Both the position numbers and the translations under genes were made by a program. A model generated the notes under the pieces. It was given only the letters and a program-made list of their open reading frames with translations, searched no databases and had not been told where the DNA came from. 64,000 nt of DNA. It comes from the human T2T-CHM13v2.0 reference genome, Homo sapiens. Where the stretch lies: NCBI RefSeq assembly GCF_009914755.1, contig NC_060934.1. One strand, 5' to 3'. Below, in pieces: positions 28,760-64,000 of this stretch (its first letter is position 1; every line of letters begins with the position of its first letter).

Positions 28760-29820
28760 GAGATCCTTATAAGGGGGTAGGAAAAGAGAAGGAGAAATAC
28801 ATTAAGGACACTGTAATTATGGCCACATTCAGCTGTTTAATCAGTGATTAACACTGCCTGGGGTGATAAATACTTTACTCAATTATAAACTAAGCAAGCA
28901 GACAGGTTGACGGAAAAAAAAACTTACCCTGCTAAGTCCTCAGCTTCCTTCCTTCTCTCTTTCCTCCAAGTGAAATGAGTGCTTGATCTCTTCAGATCTA
29001 GGTTGTGGCTTACTTGCAGCTGTCCCTTCATATCACTTTCCTTTGCAAACTGCTGAAATGCTGAGTCTCAGTGATTAAGTGTGCCCTGCCAACCAGACAG
29101 ACAAGGCTGAATTCTCCCTAATGAGGCAAAGAGGGATCTGTCCCCCTGCCTGAGGGCTTCTCTCTAACCTTTGTTCTCTGCCAAGGGGGCTCAGGACTGT
29201 CAACACTCCCAAGTGTTAGCCAAGTAAAGGCCAGGCAGGCTGACAAAAAATGAAACCTGCTGCTTCCTAGACTTCTCTCACTCAAGGCAATATTTCTGTT
29301 CTCAGTTTACAGCTTCAGAAGAAAACCCTTTGGATTAGTGCAGAAGTCAATATTTGATTGGAAAGGGTAAGCACCTTTCCAACCAAGTGGGAGGAACCAG
29401 AGGACCCTCTGGAGTTCTGTTTGTTGATCTAGACACAGGATGAGTTCCCCCAGGCCTGGTGTCCTTTTTCAGCATAACAAACATTGTTCAAACAAAACTC
29501 AACAATGTCCAATCTTGGATTAAGTAGAAGGGAGAAAATAAATGGCCATTTAATGGTACAGAATGAAATCAGTTGTAGGGGAAACATGCAGAATTAACTT
29601 GTAAAATTCACTTTCCCTGAAAGAAGGGTAAGATAACTCTCTGAGTGAGAGAGTCATCAGGAGCACTTTACCTGTATTAAGAGAGGAATAAATGCTTCTG
29701 GGATATTAAACAAAACCAAAATACTAGTTAATGACTAAAAATACATACTATTTCTAGGAAAAGAAAATAGAAAAGAATCAGCTCAACCATTCTCTTATCC
29801 TCCTTGTAATTGCAGCTGAT
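28760..29820. promoter_or_regulatory. MSS51: Putative muscle-type, non-CpG MSS51 promoter/enhancer
   Basis: Perfect CArG CCTTATAAGG 28765-28774; CAGCTG E-boxes at 28830, 29017, 29813; MEF2-like CTAAAAATAC 29735 and CTATTTCTAG 29748. Confidence 0.5.
28928..28990 (-). other. MSS51: MSS51 non-coding exon 1 (TSS approximate)
   Basis: Strong donor AGG|GTAAGT at 28928/28927, purine-rich exon, flanked by muscle-type motifs. Confidence 0.65.
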
Positions 29821-30900
29821 CCAGGAAATTCAATTCCACAGTCCTAGCTTCTTTCTACTTACAGCTAGCCTATCTGAAGTTGTTAGGGCAGTGGTCCTAA
29901 AAGACTGCAAGATCTTTCTTACCCTCAAAAAATTTTTTTAAAATTTTTAAATAAAAAAGTTCTGACTTTCTGCTTATATCTGACCCCAGCTCTCACTTAC
30001 CTGCTTCTTTGAACATCATCAAACTGGGGAACAGAATCACTCGCAATGAGGTCCCGGAATGTGGCAAATCAAATCCACACAGGAACCCCAAACTGTAAAA
30101 AGTACAAACTACATGCAGGGAAGGTGGAAGAAAAGTGTTAAGGATTCAACCAAACACTGCATAACATTATGTAGAATAGCTGTGGATAAAGGAAAATCAG
30201 TTGCAATAGGCAAAAACCCTAAATAAAATAGGGGTAATTCACTTTGTGCAAAAGTTTCAGGCCAACTTCAAATTTAACAGGCTTCAAAATTTATCTGAGA
30301 ACCTCAAATGTTTTGAGTTCTGTTAATAATGGCTGAACTGCAGAAGATACAAGACATCAGAGATTGACTTTTCTAATTCAGAAGTTGTCAATGAATATAA
30401 AGGAGAATAGTAATATAGAAAAACTTTGATGTTGAATACTTATATTTTACTATCACTATGACTTGCTCTGGTAAACATTTAAAGTTACGAAGTCTGAACT
30501 TTTCACAATTTGTATTCATCATGAGTTGCATTTAAAAAATCTTAATAAATGGTATGCTGTGAAATGAATTATGAAGAAAGACTAGAAAGAGGTTCCTATT
30601 CAACATGTAGGAAGTGGTCTGTGAGGCACTATGTGATACTTTATCACTCTTCAGGTATTTTGCTTTTCCTGAGTTTGGTTCCTTTCTCTTATTTTCCTCT
30701 TAATTTTTACCATCAATCCATAGTTTTTTTGCTAATACTACTTAATGCTCACCCATGATTCCCACAAACACTATATAATGCTAGTTATGTACCTAAGGGC
30801 TAGGAAAGTTCCTGGCACCTAATATACTAGTTAAACTCTTACTTACTTTTTAATTTTTCTATTGGGTCTATTTTAGCCAGATAAACTCTTTACTGAATAG

Positions 30901-30983
30901 CTTTCATAAAACAACATCGACAACAATCTTTAAGGTATGCAACTTTCATAAACAACATAGACAACAATCTTTAAGGTATGCAA
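30901..30983. repeat. ~42-bp tandem duplication
   Basis: CTTTCATAAA(A)CAACAT(C/A)GACAACAATCTTTAAGGTATGCAA x2. Confidence 0.9.
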
Positions 30984-31028
30984 TGCATAATAACTTTAGA
31001 GCCAACTCATGGACTGCTTTGTAAGTTA

Positions 31029-31421
<393 letters not shown>

Positions 31422-31430
31422 TTAGGCAAG

Positions 31431-31432
<2 letters not shown>

Positions 31433-31476
<44 letters not shown>
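31433..31476. repeat. (TG)~22 microsatellite
   Basis: Seen directly. Confidence 0.95.
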
Positions 31477-31479
<3 letters not shown>

Positions 31480-32224
31480 TTGCCTAATATATTTACATAT
31501 ATTTTGTTTGTTTTTAAGGGATGGGGTCTCACTCTGTCACCCAGGCTGGAGTACAGTGGTACAATCATAGCTCAACACAGCCTGCAACCATGAGCTCCTA
31601 GGCTCAAGCAATCCTCTGTCTCAGCCTCCCAAAGTGTTTGGATTACAGGCATGAGCCACTGTGCCCTGCCTATATTTTGACTTAGTGTTTTATAATATAT
31701 CTCATTGTAATTATTGTTGAGAACTATAATTCAAGTTATTGTATGATTATATAATTTTGAGCAATATCCTAATATCCCTCAATGTGCAAAATCCTATACT
31801 TATTGTGATTATGACAAAGAAGAAAGGAATGATAGGAAAATGCAATTATCACTAATATTTTTCTTATTGTTAGAACACCCAGTAAATTCCCAATACCACT
31901 ATAACAAAATTCTAGACAATAACATATTTTCTTTCAATTAAAAGACAATAAACAGTGATCTTAAATATTAGACTTAGGAGGCCTACAGTAGGCATTCAAA
32001 GTCCTCTAGTGCTCAGTTACTAATGCTCATGTAAAACAAGTATATAACAAAAGTTTTTTTTAAGGCAAAATTTATAAAGAATTTAATTAATCAAATTACC
32101 ATGAACTATCCACGAGATAATCTCCGGAGGACATCCCAGCTCTAGTAACAGGATTTTCTGATTTGCATCAAAAGGACAAATCAGATTGCATCTTCCAAAT
32201 AAAACCCAACACAGAGATAGGAGC

Positions 32225-33654
32225 AGCGGCCCATGCATGGAATTTATTGTGTGCTACTGTTTATAAAATACTCGAATAGTCCTGCACATGCATAATATTT
32301 CCAACTTAGACAGGAGACCATACAGGGTGCACTTTCTGGCAAACAAAACAATAGATGGTTCCGCTGCCTGGAGCTCTGAGTTGTATTCCAGGGCATGAGG
32401 GAAGCAGGCCACCAAAGTAAAGGGAAATACCAAACTACAGTGGCAATCAATACAGGTCAATAATTGTGAAAAATTAGCACATGGTTCCATTTAGTTTAAC
32501 CAAGCAGTTCAGTAACTATCAAAAGAAAGGTTTCAACATGCAGTCTTGACTTTTATGCTTCCACTAACATCTGAATGATTGAACAGAACCATTGCTTCTA
32601 GGCTGCATTGCTTAATCAAAAACACTTCCAGAACATTTTAAAATTTCCTTTGCATTAAAACATAAAAATGATAGAAAGCCAGCAGCAAATCACCCTGGTG
32701 GCTCTCTAAGCAACTTGAGTACTCACAATAAACTAAAATTTCTCATAACATCTAGGTAACCTATACATGTCGTACCTGTACATCATAGGTCTATATATTA
32801 AATATTTGCAAAATGAAAACATGCATACACAAAATACGTCAAGTTTTACAGACATGATTTGAATTAAAATTTACTTTGACAATGTACAAACTTCTTTTAA
32901 AGTACCTTAAATGAGTAATTCTGTAATTCTTCATAATTTTGAAATTTAGAGGTTTTCTTCTTAAATCTCTGGGGTGTAAGTCTTAAAAGATCTGGGCAAA
33001 AAAGACTCTAAATTAGTTTTTGGATTTGTGTTCAAGTAAGAGAGCCTGCCTGGAAATAGGATATGCATTCATAATTAAAAAATACCAAGACTATGTTACA
33101 GAATTAGCCACATTTAAGAACTATAGACCTGAGGTCAACATTTTGTATAAATGCCAACTGGGTTTCTCGGCATTTTGCTCACAATTCAAAATACAGCTAG
33201 TAACCTCAGAAATGTATTTTAAGACCATGCTAATTCATCCTTTAAAGACATTTCATGGAAAAAGAAAAGTCCACATTAGCTCTTAGGATTGCATTTGAAA
33301 TCATGATTGAAAAACAAAATCTAATTCTACTGAAGGGGAAAAGAAATCTGATTTGTAAACTTAAATGTGTGAACCACAAGCATAAAATGGAGGTGTGGAT
33401 GCCCTCCACTGGAAATTGCCCCAAGCCCCTTGCTCACTGCTCTCCACCTTGGCAGCGATGACCCAATCTTATCAGATAGCACATGTCCCAGGGCCCTCAA
33501 GCCTCCATCCAGGAAGGGGGCTAGGGTCTCAGAAGCACAATGGTTTCTTCAGAGAGACTGTGAAATTTACAGTCAGCTTGGCCGACCCCTCCAGCTCCTC
33601 GGGTGATCTGTCCATTTGGGGCCCGAGATGTGAGAGTCCCTGGGAAGTAGTGGG
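32225..33654 (-). other. PPP3CB: PPP3CB 3' UTR; AATAAA at 32248-32243
   Basis: Repeat-free AT-rich stretch after the stop codon, with a canonical poly(A) signal. Confidence 0.8.
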
Positions 33655-63113
<29,459 letters not shown>

Positions 63114-64000
63114 TCAATAACTTAATAGATAAGTAACTATTTGTCATTAGCCTTAAAAATATAAAATACATAAAAGCAGAAAAATATTAAGAGGAAGGGA
63201 GATCGGGGGTGAGTGGAATCAGGGCTGGTAGAGGGAGGAAGGAACTAATTTTTAATAATAACATAGGTTTTGTTTTTAACACTGTTATGTAGAACTATAA
63301 CTATAGTCAGGTCTTCACATTACTAATGAAATTTCCAGATTCTTTCCAGAATGTTTGTTTTACTTTATAATCCAATGATGAACATACATTTTTACTAAAT
63401 CCAAAATTGTGAAAACTCAGTTTTTAGAGGAAACACAGAATGGCAATGAGCAATTTTCTAGGTTTTTAAAGTTCAAACAAATTGAGAATTTAAGATCTTT
63501 CTAGCTTCAGGCAACCTGAAAAGGATAGCTGAATGGTAATAAAGCAAACAAAAAAATCCCACCCATTTGGAACATTTTACTTATAAATGTATGAATGTAT
63601 TTGTTTCATTTAATATGGAAAATCAGACAAAATTACTACAAAGAAATATTTTACTTTGTTTAGAAAAAAAATCCTACTAAAACACCAAAAGAGAATATTA
63701 TAACCAAACAATCCAGAGATAACATTTTCATCTCAAATGCAGGTATCTAATGTTTCAATATGTTGATATAATTAAAATCTTAAATGACCTACATAGATTT
63801 CAGTTACTGGTTATATTACTGTATAGAACACTGGGTTAGAAGGGCTGGATTCTCATCTAAACTATAGCACATACTAGCTGTGCAATGCTTGGTAAATTAT
63901 TCAACTAATGTGTTTCTCATTTATAAAACAGGACTAATATGTCTACCCTGCCTACCACAGAAGTTTAAGATCAGACAATGCATTTCACATGAAAATACAT

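Overview
Alu-dense human (primate) genomic DNA. From the translated exons it is the ANXA7 - MSS51 - PPP3CB locus (10q22.2 from memory), with all three genes on the minus strand. Left to right: ANXA7 intron 1, its non-coding exon 1 and CpG-island promoter (~9.0-9.8 kb); a young AluYa5; a full-length RPL26 processed pseudogene; the complete MSS51 (ZMYND17) gene, whose 6 coding exons join into an intact 460-aa ORF; and PPP3CB (calcineurin A beta) exons 9-14 with the 3' UTR. Almost all ORF-track entries are Alu/L1 artefacts. No prokaryotic-type system (CRISPR etc.) is present. The most interesting signals concern RNA processing of the calcineurin regulatory domain: a candidate in-frame 27-nt microexon in intron 10 with three downstream RBFOX motifs, a NAGNAG acceptor, the intron-12 CnAbeta1 terminus, the 30-nt exon 13, and splice phases that would allow in-frame PPP3CB-MSS51 read-through, including a cryptic open 92-nt intergenic exon. 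Exon numbering and repeat subfamily names come from memory or visual recognition, not from a database search.
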